NCBI RefSeq assembly: GCF_009914755.1
Contig: NC_060937.1
Strand: one strand, 5' to 3'
Length of the DNA: 64,000 nucleotides
Source: the human T2T-CHM13v2.0 reference genome, Homo sapiens
This document shows, piece by piece, positions 38,600 through 54,821 of the stretch. Made by a program: the position numbers and the translations under genes. A model generated the notes under the pieces. It was given only the letters and a program-made list of their open reading frames with translations, searched no databases and was not told the DNA's origin. The number at the start of each line of letters is the position of its first letter. The stretch's first letter is position 1.

Positions 38600-40905
38600 T
38601 GATTTATTACATTATTTTTGAAATGAAATAATGTTGTTTCAGGGTCAACTGTGATAAGTTAATGATACATAATGGGCTATGTAGGGAAACTTCTAATACA
38701 TACAAAAAAGGATATTCATAAGACAGTAGAAGAGATAGCACAGACTCCTAAAAAAACATTTTATCATCTCAGTAGAAATCAAGAATGAGGAGGAGACTTG
38801 TAAAAATCAGATAACAAAATAACAGACTGAATACCAACCTCAACAACAATCACATTAAATTTGAATAGACTAAACACCAATTAAAAGGAAAAGGTAGCCT
38901 GGATTTTCTTAAGAAATGCTCAACTGTTTCTTGTTAGTAATAGAAGCACTGTAAATATAAACACAGACTACTTGAAAGTACATATATCATGGCCAAATTT
39001 TGCGTTAAAAAATCAAGAATTGTTTTGTTAATGATCAACCAAGTAAACTTCAAGGCAAATAATATTGCCAGAGAATTAAAATTAAGATTTTAATGAAGAT
39101 AATTTTCTTCATTAATGCAATTGTCTATAGACACTTCAGTTCTTCCCATATCTTGGCTATTTTGAATAATGCTGCAATAAATATGGGAGTGCAGATAGAT
39201 ATGAAGTGGTGATTTCATTTTGGGTGTGATATACACTCAGAAGAAGGGTTACTGGGTATTATGGTATTTTTATTTTCTGTTTCTTTAGAAACCTCTATAC
39301 CATTTTCCAGAAAAGTTGTATCAACCTACATTCCCACCAACAGAGAACAAAAGTTCTTTTTTGTCTCTACAGCTTCACCAACGTTTATCTTTTATCTTTA
39401 AAATAATTGCAGTAAATTCAAGAGATCTATTGCAAAACATAACGACTATAGTTAATATATTGTATTTTGAAAAATGTTAAAAGAGTAGATATTTTTTGAC
39501 TTTCTGATAATAGCCATCCTAATGGGTATAAAGTGTTATCTCATAGTGGTGTTGATTTGCATTTCCCTGATGATTACTAATGTTAAACACCTTTCACATA
39601 CCTACTGGCCATGTTTATGTCTTCTCTGGTATAATAATGTCTATTCAGCTCTTTAATATACTACAAAATATTATTAAACCCTAAAAAATAAGAATGATTC
39701 TATCATTTGCCAAAACATGAATGAGCCTAAAGGACATTATGCTAAGTGAATTAAACCAGACACAGAAAGAAAAATATTGCATGATCTCACTTACATGCAA
39801 AATCTTTTTTTAAAAAAGTCAAAAACAACAGAGATAGAGAAAAAAATAATGATTACCAAGGGCATGAGTCGGGGAGAAAATGGAGAGATGTAGTTTGGAG
39901 GACACAATGTACAAGACGATTGGAATGAATAAGTCTACAGATCTAATGTATAACATTAGGATATTGGTGATAAAGTTGTACTATATTTTAATTTCATGCT
40001 AAACAAAATTCTTTAGCAGCTCTTTCCAAAAATCAAAATGAATAGATAACCATGTGAGTTAATGAATATGTTTATTTGCTTCATTCTGGTAACCTTTTAA
40101 CTATTCATATATATAGCATAACATCATTTTGTATACCTTAAACATTGTATACCTTAAACATATACAACCAAAAATTAAAAGCTTCAACATATGAAGTATA
40201 CACTTTTTTAAACGTGTCCATGGACATTGGTGAAGGTAATTCATATGCTGGTACATACTTTCAATAATTTATTTCACAGGATTAAATATATTTTTGCCAC
40301 AACAGAAATAATCAATAGGATTAATACACTTACAAAATAATAAACAGTCTCCAGAGAAAATCAATGTCAAATAATCATTTACAAGGAGGCACAGAAAATA
40401 TTTTGAACTGAATGATAATGAAATAAAATCATATGAAAATGTGTGGTTTACTGCTAAAGTAGTCTGTAGTGTGAAATTTATAGCTTAAAATTCTTATGTT
40501 AGAAGTAAAGAGAGGTTTAAGATGACCTAGTATTAAACATTAGGAAACTCAAAGAAAGTAAAAGAAAATTTAAAAATAATGGTAGAATAGGAAATCAGTG
40601 AAATACAAAGCAGACACCCAATATACAATATTAGTAAAACAGCATTTGTTTCCTTTAAAAGATTTTAAAAATGACAATCAATTAGCAAGTATAATCAAGA
40701 AGAAAAGAAAATACACAAACTATAAGTTTAAATAATGAAAGAGGGGTACCATCACAGATCTTACAAACAATAAAAGCACATATTATGAGCAACACTATAT
40801 CAATAAATTTGCTACTTTACATGAAATTATCAGATTTCTTGAAAAATAGAGCTTACTAAATTTACACTATAAAAAATAAATTATGAATAGCCTGAAACAA
40901 ATATG
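38600..40905 (+). mobile_element. Very old L1ME/MC ORF2 5' region, interrupted at ~39100-40180
   Basis: aatcacattaaatttgaatagactaaacaccaattaaaagg, later aaaatattttgaactgaatgataatgaaa and aaaattatcagatttcttgaaaaata. Confidence 0.65.
39100..40180 (+). mobile_element. L1MA5-like 5'-inverted (twin-primed) insertion
   Basis: 39100-39654 is antisense ORF2 C-terminal sequence. 39655-40180 is its sense continuation through the 3'UTR and A-rich tail. Confidence 0.75.
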
Positions 40906-40914
40906 TCCATAAGG

Positions 40915-41895
40915 TACGACATAAAGTTAAAGAAGATTATTCTCAAGTCATGAGATTTAATGTGTGTTCTGTTGGGTTTTGGATTTGGTACTGTTTATCC
41001 TGTGGCAAATTGCTCTCCAGCTGTGAGACTGTGAAATCAAACAAGTTATATGCTGCCAAAAATACAGTGGTAGGACACACATAGAATAGACATTTCCATT
41101 CTAAAAGACAGAAATAGAAAAGAAGCAAGGAATAACAGGTCCCTTTCCAATTCTGGGGTAAGGGTTGGCTCCCCAGGCTCCCAGAAACTCTATCCCCATG
41201 GCTTTGCTGGGAGCAAACCATGCAGAAGTTCTAAGTCTTGGAGTCCTATGCCCGAGTCTCTCCCAGGCTGAAATTGCTTTCCTATTGCTCTACTGGTCTG
41301 GGGTCCTAGTGGCAGCCCCATCACCAACCTAGTGGGGCTTTCTGTGGTGGCTTGGCCCCTGTGACAGTCCTCTGCCTGGGTTCTAAGGCTCTCTGAAGCA
41401 CCTTTTGAAATCCAGGTGGAGGCAGCCATGCCTGTCCAGCTCTTGCACTCTGTGCACCTGCAGAGTTAGCACTGTGTGGATGCCACCAAGGTTTACCTCT
41501 TGTTTCCTCCAGAGTGGCAGCCTAAGGTACATAGGGGACTGTTTGAGCCACAGCTGGGGCAGCCAAGGAGTGCTGTTCCAGAATACATGGAGCAGAAACT
41601 TAAGGCAGCTGGGACAGCCAGCCTAGAGGTCCCACTGGCACCCAGGTCCTGTCCATTGACATCATTCTACAATCAAGACCTTAGCACTCTGGACCTGTGA
41701 TGGGAATTGCAGCCTCAAAGATCTCCAAAATGCCTTAATGATCACTCTTCTATTGTCTTCATGAATATTATTTGGCTTCTTTCTATTCATATAATTCTCC
41801 TTTTCAAATATTCCTTTGGCCATAACCTTGGTATACTCTCCCTAACATGCCTTTTGAGGCCGAGACTTTCCCAAATTTTTAACCTCTACTTCCCC
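40915..41895 (-). mobile_element. MaLR internal sequence (MLT1A-int-like), left part
   Basis: ctccagctgtgagactgtgaaatcaaacaagttatatgct, gaaatccaggtggaggcagcca and ctctggacctgtgatgggaattgcagcctc. Confidence 0.75.
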
Positions 41896-41909
41896 TGCAC
41901 CCATCCTCC

Positions 41910-44900
41910 TGTTTTTAAGATACATTTTATTGTGTATATTTGTATTTTACAACATGATGTTATGGGGTACATATAGATATTAAAGTGATTATTATAATAA
42001 AAAAATTAGCATATTTATTATGTCATGTAGTTACATTTTTTTGTGACAACAGTAGCTAAAATCTATTTATTTTACAAAAATCCCTAACAAAATACATTTT
42101 ATTAACTAAAGTCCTCATGTTGTATGTGAAATGTTTAGTCTTGTTCATCCTACATATCTGCTCATTTGTATATGTTGACCTGTATCTCCTCATTTTCTGC
42201 CCCACTGCCCTTGGTAACTATTGTTTTATTCTCTATGTCTATATATTTGTTTTTTTTAGATTCCACATATCAGTATAATTGTGCAATACATATTTTTTTG
42301 AAAATTTTTAAAAACTGCTTTTTTCAGCTAGGTCTCAAGATATTTTTAAATGTAACTTTTCATATTTTCTTTGAATAATTGGTTGTCCAATAGCATTTTG
42401 TTAAATTTCCACAAATTTGGGAATTTTTCAAGATTTGTCAGGTCATTGATTTATAGATTTATACTGCTGTGACTAGAAATAATTCAGGATAAAATTTCAA
42501 TCTTTTTGAATGTGTTAAGACTTGTTTTGTGGCCTAATTTATGGTCTATCCTAGAGAATGTTTCATGTGCACTATAAAAATGTATATTTTGCTGATATTG
42601 GATGAAGTGTTCCATATGTATTTTTAGGTCAATTTTGTCTAAGGTATACTTTAATTAATTTCCTTATTAATTTTCTGTCTGGTTGATTTATCCATTTTTG
42701 AAAGTGGAATATTGAAATCCCTTGCTATTGTTGTATTGCTATCTATTCCTTCATGTTCATTAATAATTGCTTTATATATTTTAGTGCTCTGATTTTGGAT
42801 GAATATGTATTTATAATTGTTATGTTCTCTAGATGGATTAACTCTTTACTATTAAAAAATGACTTTGTTTCTTGTGACAATTTTTGCCTCAAAATATATT
42901 TTACTGATTTAAGTATAGCCACTCTGGTTCTCTTTTGGTTAATATATGGGTGGAATATTTTCAACCATCCGTCCCCCTTGAACCAATGTGTGTACTTAAA
43001 GTTAAAATTGGTCTTTCATAGGTAGCATATAGTTGAAAATTTTTTTTCCTTATTCATTCAGACACTTTATAATGTTTGATGGGAGAGTTGAGCCATTTAT
43101 ATTCAAGGTTACTGTTGATAGGTAAGGATTTACTCTTGCCATTTTGTTAATTGTTTTCTGTGGGTTTTGTAGGTCCTTTCTTTCATTCTTCCTCTTTTAT
43201 TGTCTTCCTTTGTGATTGGTGATTTTATGTAGTGCTATGCTTTGATTCCTTTCTTTTTCTTGTTATAGCATATCCGTTATAGTTTATTTTTGCCTTGTGG
43301 TTACCATGGGGCTTCCATCAAACTTCTTGTAGTTATAGTAGATGATTTTAAGCTGGTAATAGTTTCACTCTAGTTTCATACAAATACTGTAAACTTTTAT
43401 TCATTTCTCACCATTTATATTTTTGTTGTCACAATTTATATTGTTTTATTTTGTGTATTCCTTACAAACTTATTGTAGCTTTAGTTATTTTTGACTATTT
43501 TGACTTTTAACTTTCATAGAGATTGTCAAGATTTATACACTTTTATGGTAATGACAGAATATTCTGAATATTCTTAGAATATTCTAAATTTGGCACTACT
43601 ATATTTACATTTACCAGTGAGTTTTCTTCATTTATATGGTTTCATGATAGTAATTACTCTCCTTTTCTTTCTAGTCAAAAAAAAAAAAAAAAAAAAAAAA
43701 CTCCCTTAACCATTTCTTATAAGGCTAGTGTAATGGTGATGAATTCCCTAGCTGTTGCTTATCTGGGAAATACTTTATTTCTTCTTCACTTCTGAAGGAT
43801 ACGTAGCTCACAGGCAGCCGCAGTAGCATTGTGTTTCAGGGGACAAGTCCTCAGAGTAGCTGTTGAGCTAGGGTTCTTGGCTCAGTGCTTTGCTGAACTA
43901 TTATGGCAGCTTTGACATGGGCATAGATTCACTCTCTAAGACATTGGTAGAAGTAGCTCTCCCACAAAGATGCAGACTGTGATTCTCAGATAGTCCCCTA
44001 TTAGTTCAGGCCCAAGGGGCAGTTATGTACCTATAACTCTCATCCTGGGGGTTTCCCACACCTCACCCTCCAAAGAACTAGAGCCCAGGTCCAGCAGAGT
44101 GGTCATGGCTGCTCGGGCACCCTAAATACCTTGGTGTCCTATATTCTGGGGAATCTGGGTCCCAGTACAGTAGGGCAAGGTGCTTTGAGCATCAGATAAA
44201 ATCCTGGGAGTCAGGGCATAGCACTGGATGACTCTGAGGGGAATAAAAAAAGTGTTTCATAGGGTCAGGTCGTGGGGAGCAGTACATAGCTGTAATTCAA
44301 GTTCCAGAGCCAACAGGCATAGTGGCAAATCAGTCACCAGGAGAGGAGATAGATACTATGTAGTGGTGACTCTGAACCCTTTGGTGGTGGGACACAGCAG
44401 TGGCCCAGGCTCTGTGAGGCTGGGTGCTTTTAGATGCAAAAAACACAGAAGCAACTGAGCACAGATGTAGCTTAGACTTCACAGAGTGGAGAGCAGTGCA
44501 ATAAGGACTCCACTTCCAAGGGAGGTATGGTGCCCCAGCATCACATACTCCGGACGGCCAATCCACCAGCACCAGAGATGTTGCACACTGTGGTTGTTTG
44601 GCCAAGAGGGTGAGGTGACACAGATTAGGCAGGTCTTGGCTTCTTTGGGTGACAGTATGCCATGTCAGCTCTGGCACCTGGGAACACAGTTGCTCTGCTA
44701 GGCTGGGGCCTAGTTTCCCCAGGGGACAGGGCATCATGTTGTCTACTGTTGGCCATGACTACTCTGCTACACCAGGGCTGGCTCTAGGTCCTTAGAGGCT
44801 GAGGTGCTGGATGCTGCTGCTTCTTCACTGGCCTTGGGATCTAAGTCCCTGGAGGCAGGTCACTGGTTCTTTGCTGTTCCCAAGGTCCAGCTCCCTAGAG

Positions 44901-45497
44901 TCAGAGTGCTGAACTTACCTGCTGCACTGAGTGGGCATCCAGTTCCCTAAGGGGCTGGGTGTCATGTTGGCTCAAGCAGCAGGAAACGTGGCATTTCCTC
45001 TGGGTACCTGTTTCAGTGGCTCTGATGCAACACAGCAGCAGCTTGGGCCATGGGTGGTAGGGCATAGCATGGGCATCTTCTCTGGAGTAGAGCAGTTGTG
45101 TGAACTGCAGGCAGCTTCCTAAGCTGCATTCATCTCTCCAACACCACAGTATTCTCCAGTAGCCAAGACTGCAAGTGTGCAATTGTGCAACTGTGATAGG
45201 GGCCACTGAGGCCCTCTTGAGTACTTTTTATTCTCACAGTAAGCTGTCCTTTCCTGTTCCACGTTGTTCTCTTCTGGAGGGATGCAACGGTCAAGGGAGA
45301 TGTTTTCTTCCCTTCTGTATGTGGCCATCCTAAGTTTCTGTGTTCTATAGCATTTCCACAACTCCCTTACAGTACTCCAATGCTTTACTTTAGTCACTAT
45401 GATCAAAATGTAGTTTATTCATTGTTTTGGACCTTTCATGGTGGGGAGTGTGGGGAGTGTTAGTCGGATCTAGGTGGACATCTTGCTGACATCCTCT
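41910..45497 (-). mobile_element. Internally deleted L1MA (L1MA5A-like 3'UTR, L1M2/3-type 5'UTR) inserted in MLT1-int
   Basis: 3'UTR 41910-42290, EN/ORF1-end sequence ~42300-43800, GC-rich 5'UTR ~43800-45497 starting (minus) gagaggatgtcagcaagatg. Degenerate TSD ctctacttccc / ctctgcttcct. Confidence 0.75.
43677..43700. repeat. Poly(A) tract (24 nt)
   Basis: Direct reading. Confidence 0.9.
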
Positions 45498-46124
45498 CTG
45501 CTTCCTTGTTAATTATAAATTCCATCTTAAACTAATTTCTCACATTCTACTATTGGCAACCAAGAGAAGAGAGAAGCCATGATGCACCTTTGACACTTTG
45601 CTTAGCTATTTCTTCTGCTAAATGTGATAGCTGTGGCTCCTAAGTTCCTCTTTTAATAAACACTAGAACACATGCACTATCAGCGATGTTCTTTACCATT
45701 TTCTAAAAAGGATGACTTCCAGTTTCCAGGACCTTGTTTCACATTTCAATCTGAGGCCTCATCCAAATGGACCTCATTGTGTATATTTCTACTTGCATTC
45801 TGATCATGACTACTTAAATAATCTCTAAGAACATTTGGCTTTCCTTACAACTGTCTTCTTCTGAGCCCTCTCCGGAATTGCTTTTAATGCTGTGTTATAC
45901 ACTATAGCTACTTTTAGGACATTGGCATCTTTTTAGCCTCTATCCATTACCCATGTAATGTGAAAGGTGCTTTCACATGCTTAGGTAACTGTTCTAGTAG
46001 GGCCCCACTTTGTGGTACCAATTTCTGTCTAAGTCACATTTCACATTACCCATGTAATGTGAAAGGTGCTTTCACATGCTTAGGTAACTGTTCTAATAGG
46101 GCCCCACTTTGTGGTACCAATTTC
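45496..46124 (-). mobile_element. MaLR internal sequence, right part, up to the LTR junction
   Basis: Continues ctctgcttccttgttaattataaattcc and ends ccccactttgtggtaccaatttc, the usual MaLR int/LTR boundary. Confidence 0.78.
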
Positions 46125-46134
46125 TGTCTAAGTC
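45945..46134. repeat. Tandem duplication, 99-bp period (two 91-bp copies, 1 mismatch, 8-bp filler)
   Basis: Copies at 45945-46035 and 46044-46134; also visible as the repeated peptide in ORF 45960..46145. Confidence 0.97.
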
Positions 46135-46833
46135 CATTTGTATAGCTATAACAAAATACTTAAAAATAGGTAATTTATAGACAAGAAAAAAATTAGTTTT
46201 CACAGTTCTGGAGGTTGTGAAGTCCAAGATCAAGGTTCCAGCAGATTTGGTGTTTGGCACAAGCCCATTCTTCATAGATGGTGACATATTTGTGTCCTCA
46301 CATGATGTAAGGGGCAAAAGGGCAAAAATGAGGCAAGGTAGGTCCTTAAAGCCCTTTTAGTTTTATAATTAGTTAATTTATTTGTTTTTGAGACAGAGAC
46401 TCTCTCCATCACCCAGACTGGAGTGCAGTGACACGACCTCTGCTCACTGCAACTTCCACCCCCTCCCTCACCAGGTCCAAGTGATCCTTCCATCTCAGCC
46501 TCCTGAGTAGCTGAGAGCATAGGCATGCACACCACTCCTGGCTAATTATTTTTGTATTTTTATAGAGATGGGGGTCTCACCATGTTGCCCAGGCTGGTTG
46601 CAAACTCCTGAGCTCAAGCGATCCATTCGCCTCAGCCTCCTAAACGGTTGGGTTTACAAACGTGAGCCACCATGCCCGGCCCTTAAAGCCCTTTTATAAG
46701 AGCAGTAATTCATTTATGAGGGCAAAGCCTTCATGACCTAACAATGTGCTAAACGTCCTACTTTTTAATACTATCACATTGGTGATTATCAACCTATAAA
46801 TTTTGGAGAGAAACATATATTCAAACTATATCA
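46125..46833 (-). mobile_element. MLT1A-like LTR interrupted by an AluJ
   Basis: tgtctaagtccatttgtatagctataacaaaatac...cacagttctggagg...gaagtccaagatcaagg...ttaatactatcacattgg...ttcaaactatatca. Confidence 0.85.
46360..46681 (-). mobile_element. AluJ with 16-bp TSD
   Basis: J-type tgttgcccaggctgg...ctcctgagctcaagcgatcc; TSD ccttaaagccctttta at 46344-46359 and 46681-46696. Confidence 0.93.
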
Positions 46834-46869
46834 TAAAAGTTTATAGCATCCATATTTTATTGTTGATAT

Positions 46870-47665
46870 CTGGTCTGAGACATGGATAATATTTGGTGTT
46901 AGCCAAGCAGAGTTTTATGGAAGGGTGTTTTCATCAAAGAAGATACTATGAACCTTAGAGGTAAATAAATAAATAACATATTCAAGAACATAGAGGTGGT
47001 TCTATATGTCTGGAACACAGAGGTTCAGTAGGAGATATTATTAATCTGGTGGTGTTAGCCAAGTGGCAAAATGAACAGTTACAGTTTTCCACAAACAATA
47101 GCAACAACAATAGCTATATCACAAGAGCATTAGTGAGACAATGAGGGCCCTTAAACTTATGGCTGGATGATAAGAGACGTATGTTAAAAAAGCCTCTCTG
47201 GCTGCAAAACAGGGAAAAGATTGAAAAGAAGTAAGGCTAGAAGTGACAGGATGGTAATGAAAGCCATTACAGTGGAGATGGAGAGAGGCCAACAGATTAT
47301 AAATATATTAATGAGTTTGAATTTACAGGACATGAAGATTTGTTTTAAATTCAGCAAACGCCTATTGAGAGCTTAAAATCTGTCAAAAATTGTGCCAAGT
47401 GTCCAGGGAAATGTAATGAGGGAGAGGGAGATATGGTCTTGTGTCTTATAGAGCTCCCAGTCCATTGAGAAGGACAAATACATAATAGTAAAGAAACAGC
47501 TATATGAGCAGTTTTATATTGCGCATCATGGAGGACAACACAACTTGCATTTGTGGTTTGTTTAATTGTATATGTTAGGAAGGATAATTCCAATGTGCCA
47601 ATCAAGTTACTGATTGAGTCCTAGGGTTGATAGTGTCCCATTAACAGAGACAGGAACCTGATTGC
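46870..47665 (-). mobile_element. L2 fragments (two interleaved pieces)
   Basis: aagcctctctggctgc and gtggagatggagagagg; an L2 terminus ttcagcaaacgcctattgagagctta at ~47350. Confidence 0.6.
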
Positions 47666-47906
47666 AAGAATCAGCACTGTTAGTAATTTTTTTTTCTTGA
47701 AAAATCAGAGTAATTTCCTAGAGGGTTAAAGCAGAAATACATTTCACTCCCCATTCTTTGCCATTAGTACCTAAAACATTTGCTACTACTTCAGGATGAA
47801 TTGATCATATGAACTTACCACATGGAAAATAGCTGTATGCAATTGACTTTTAGAAAAATCATAAGTTAACTTTTTGGACCACCAGCATTCTTCTTTAACA
47901 GAATTC

Positions 47907-48028
47907 ACAAACAGGGTTATGCTATTCTAATTATAGATTTTGAAAAGTTTCTATCAATACAAACAAGGTTATGGTATTCTAATCATACATTTTGAAAGGT
48001 TTCTATCAATACAAACAAGGTTATGGTA
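47907..48028. repeat. Minisatellite, 52-bp unit, about 2.3 copies
   Basis: Units start at 47907, 47959 and 48011 (acaaacaaggttatggtattctaatcatacattttgaaaggtttctatcaat). Confidence 0.95.
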
Positions 48029-48363
48029 AATAGCACCATATAAAAAAACTAACTTATTTGTATATATAGTTCAAATTCTTTAAAGAATACTGTGAACAAT
48101 TAAATTGGTCACAGGCTCATATTTTGTGGGTACTTTACTGAGAATTGCTAATATCTGAGTTAGATGTTTTATTACACGTCTAGGATAAATTCGTTCTCTA
48201 TGCTCTAAGAAATAGAAATCAAGGATGTTAGAATTCCATGTTTGTTTTTTTTAAAAAAAAAGATCCATAATGTCTTTTTGCAGAAATTTTAAATCTTCAG
48301 AGTATTTTGCTTTGTCTAATTAAACATGTATCTTTGCTTCAATAATTTATACAGAGAATATAA

Positions 48364-48623
<260 letters not shown>

Positions 48624-48637
48624 TGATTATTCTTTTA

Positions 48638-50945
<2,308 letters not shown>

Positions 50946-53576
50946 CTGATTATTCTTTTAAATAGCAATATAGAGATTAGTTGCAGTCTAGGTTTTGTTG
51001 GTTATTCAGTCTCTCAATTGCTATCTCCCAATGCCTCTCAAAAACACTGCTGAGAGAACTAGTATTTGTAGAGGATTATCTGAAACATTGTATCCAAACA
51101 TTTTCCCTGATCCTCTAAAATCTAATGTTAGATTAATCTAAGTCAAGTAAAGCAAATAATTGGTCTGATTCCTATTGACTTCTCATTTAACTACTTTGGC
51201 TGAACAGTACTTCAAATCAATGTCTTATGCTTACATATGCCTAACATTATATAAATTTATGTTATAGAAGTTGCCATTGTGTTATTTGCAAAGATGCAAG
51301 TAAAGATATATTTAATACATAACACATGTCTTATTCTGTCACTACTCATAAAAATGCCTTTCACTTGTTTTTGCATTATAAATAATGTATTCTTCACCAA
51401 TTGCTATGTTTTTATATAATTAACTTTCTAAAATTTGAAAATGCCATGTTTATGTATGGAATCACATGCTTAAAATCTTTATATTTGCTTAACTTTTGTT
51501 AATTGAGACATAATTCATAAATCATTATTTTCACCATTTAAAAAAGTACAATTCTGTGGTTTTTAACCTACTGAAAATCATGAATATATATTTGCAGGAA
51601 ACTTTTGGAGGGTTAAAGACATTTAAGTACCATAGTAATTTGATGTATGCACCTATCTCATTTTTGAAGACATATTTTTCCATGATCTCAGTTTCTTAAT
51701 TATTTTTAAATTATATTGGTTTGATTTATCTTATTAATTTAAAAATCATCTTATATGATATTACATGACAGCAAACTTAAGAAAATATTTTCACATTTGC
51801 AATGAAAAAAGTTTGTTTTGTAACAATTTAAACTATTCTATAGTGATATCTGATCCTGTTTTGATATTACATTCATTTTTATATGCCTAGACAGTATGTC
51901 CTTATTCATTTATTTGATCATTATTTCAATAAATATTGCTTGAGTAACAAACCACGAATTATGTTGTATGATGGAATGCAAAGTTGGAAAGTGTACAATT
52001 CTCAGATCTTGACACTTTTATATTAGTTAAAGCAACACACATGCATATAACACTTGAAGTAAATGTGGATGATACAGCGATAGAAACCTGGAAGATTACT
52101 ACTAGAACAGAGCAATAAAATAAATATTTAGTTGTATTCTCTATAATCTTTCAGAAGTTAGATACATGTCACTTTTTGTTCATTATTTTATCTAAAATGA
52201 ATATGTACATAAGCCACATTAACCCACTAGAAATTTATTTTATTGCATTAGATACATTTTATATATTTTAATTATTTATTTACTAAAATAATCTATACTT
52301 TTATATATTGGTAATCTTAATAGAAAAAATACACATTTTGGCATTTGTTTTTAATATTTTTACTTTAGATTTACAAAATTATAGCAAAGATAATACAGAG
52401 AGTTTCTGTGTACCCCACATCTGGTTGCACTTATTTTAACATCTTACATTGTTATATTACACTCGTCACAATTAATTTAAATATTGATAAATTCCTATTA
52501 ACAAAAGAACATACATTATTTAGAATCTTTATTTTTCCCTAACATCTTTTTCTGTTCCAATATTCACTGAGGATTCCACTTTACATGTATTATTGATGTT
52601 TTCATAGAGTCCTTTTGACTGTGACAGTTTCTCTGACATTCCTTGTTTTTGATGACTTTGACAGTTTTGAGAAGTATTCTTTTAGGTATTTTGTGTAATG
52701 ATTCCAAAATGGGATTTATCTTTTCTTTTTTTATTTGATCAGACTAGGGTAAGAGATTTTCGGGAGATTTTTGGAATCACAGAAGTAAATTGCAATACTT
52801 ATTAAACCATAAACAGCGTATTCAATATGACTTACAACTCTTGATGTAAACCCTAACCACCTGGCTTAGGTAGTGCTTATCAGGTTTCAGCACTATAAAT
52901 TAACTTCTTTTTCTTTTGTTCCTCATTCTCCATTCTGTATTCTTTGGAGGGAAGTCACCACGTACAGACTACACTTACAGAGCGAGGAGATATGCTCCAA
53001 CTTTTAATAATGTGGTATCTACATTTTAATGATGAAGCATCTAAAGTATCCCAAATTCTTCTGCATAGGAAATTGGCCTCTTTTCCCATTATTTATTTAG
53101 CATTTACTTTTATCAGTATAACCTCCTGGATATATATATTATACTTTGGGTTACAATCCAATATTATTTTATTTTTTGGGTCTAACTGAGATTTGGCATT
53201 GGGACGCTTTCAGTTGGTTTCTTTATCCCTTTGATATACCTCCATCAATGTAAGGGCTCTTGTGTTGATTTTTGGATTCTTTACTACTTTCTGGTTCTTC
53301 AAAAGGCTTCACAGTTACTTTGTGTATTTCCTGCTGCAGTTACAGAATCATTTATTCTGAGAAATGCTGTGGTTTTCTTAATTGAAAAATGGTATGGAAA
53401 GTCAAATCTGGGTGCTGTGCCTGCCCAAGGCTAGAAAACAGTTGCATTAAGGTCCCTCAGTTGGCACAATGAGGAAAAATATGTGTGTTTACTAACCTGT
53501 GCATGTAGATATATCTATTTATAGTTCTATATGTTAATATCTGTAACAATACAGAACTAAACATACATTTATATAG

Positions 53577-53972
<396 letters not shown>

Positions 53973-54821
53973 TAGTCTTTCAATTTCGTTATATGTATAT
54001 AGTAATTTCAGAATTATTAACCTATACCCCTTGGGAAAGTAAAACTGTATCAGTGAGAATACAGTGCTTATATATGATTCCTTTTGCCGTTAGTCTTACA
54101 GACGCCTCTCAATTTCAAATTTATTTATGTTAGAGATTTATTCTGCCAACCCCTTCCGTGAAGTTGCTTCGTACATTTTTAATACATTTAGATTATTTTG
54201 TCACACTCTCCATTGCATGCTGAGACCCCTCTGGTTTATTAAATGATATTTTTATTAATTTTCATGCTTTAAATTTGCTGTATGTACTGTAGAGGTTAAA
54301 TCTTGTAATGACTTGTGTTCACCATTATAGCATTTTATATAATAGCTTCACCACCCTGTGAATACCCCTGTGTTTCATCTATTCATTTTGCCTCTCTGCA
54401 ACAAACCTTTGGCAACTACTGATCTTTTCACCATCTCTACGGTTTATCATTTTCCAGAATGTCATCATATAATCCTTTGAAATTCTATAGCATGTAGTTC
54501 TTTTAGATTGCCATCTTTCCCATGGTGATATAAACTTAAGATTTATCCATGTCTTTTTATCACTTGATAACTAGTTTTTTTATGACTGAATAATATTCCA
54601 TTGTAGGCAGGCCCAAGTTTGTTTATTCATTCATAAATTGAAAGTCATATTAGTTGCTTCCAGTTGGGTCAATTATAAATAAAACTACTGTAAACATTCT
54701 TGTGCAGTTTTTGTGTGAATATGTTTTTAAATCTAACTAGGATCATGATTATTGGATCATATGCGAAGACTAGGTTTAGTTTCCAAAAACCTGCCCAATT
54801 GTTTTACAAAGTGGCTGTGCC

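Noticed and set aside
43555-43586. GAATATTC x3 resembling a heat-shock element
   Set aside because: Spacing between TTC and GAA units is 1 and 3 nt instead of 2. More likely local slippage within an L1.
45945-48028. Direct repeats considered as CRISPR-like arrays
   Set aside because: They are plain tandem duplications without unique spacers, in eukaryotic DNA with no cas-like genes.
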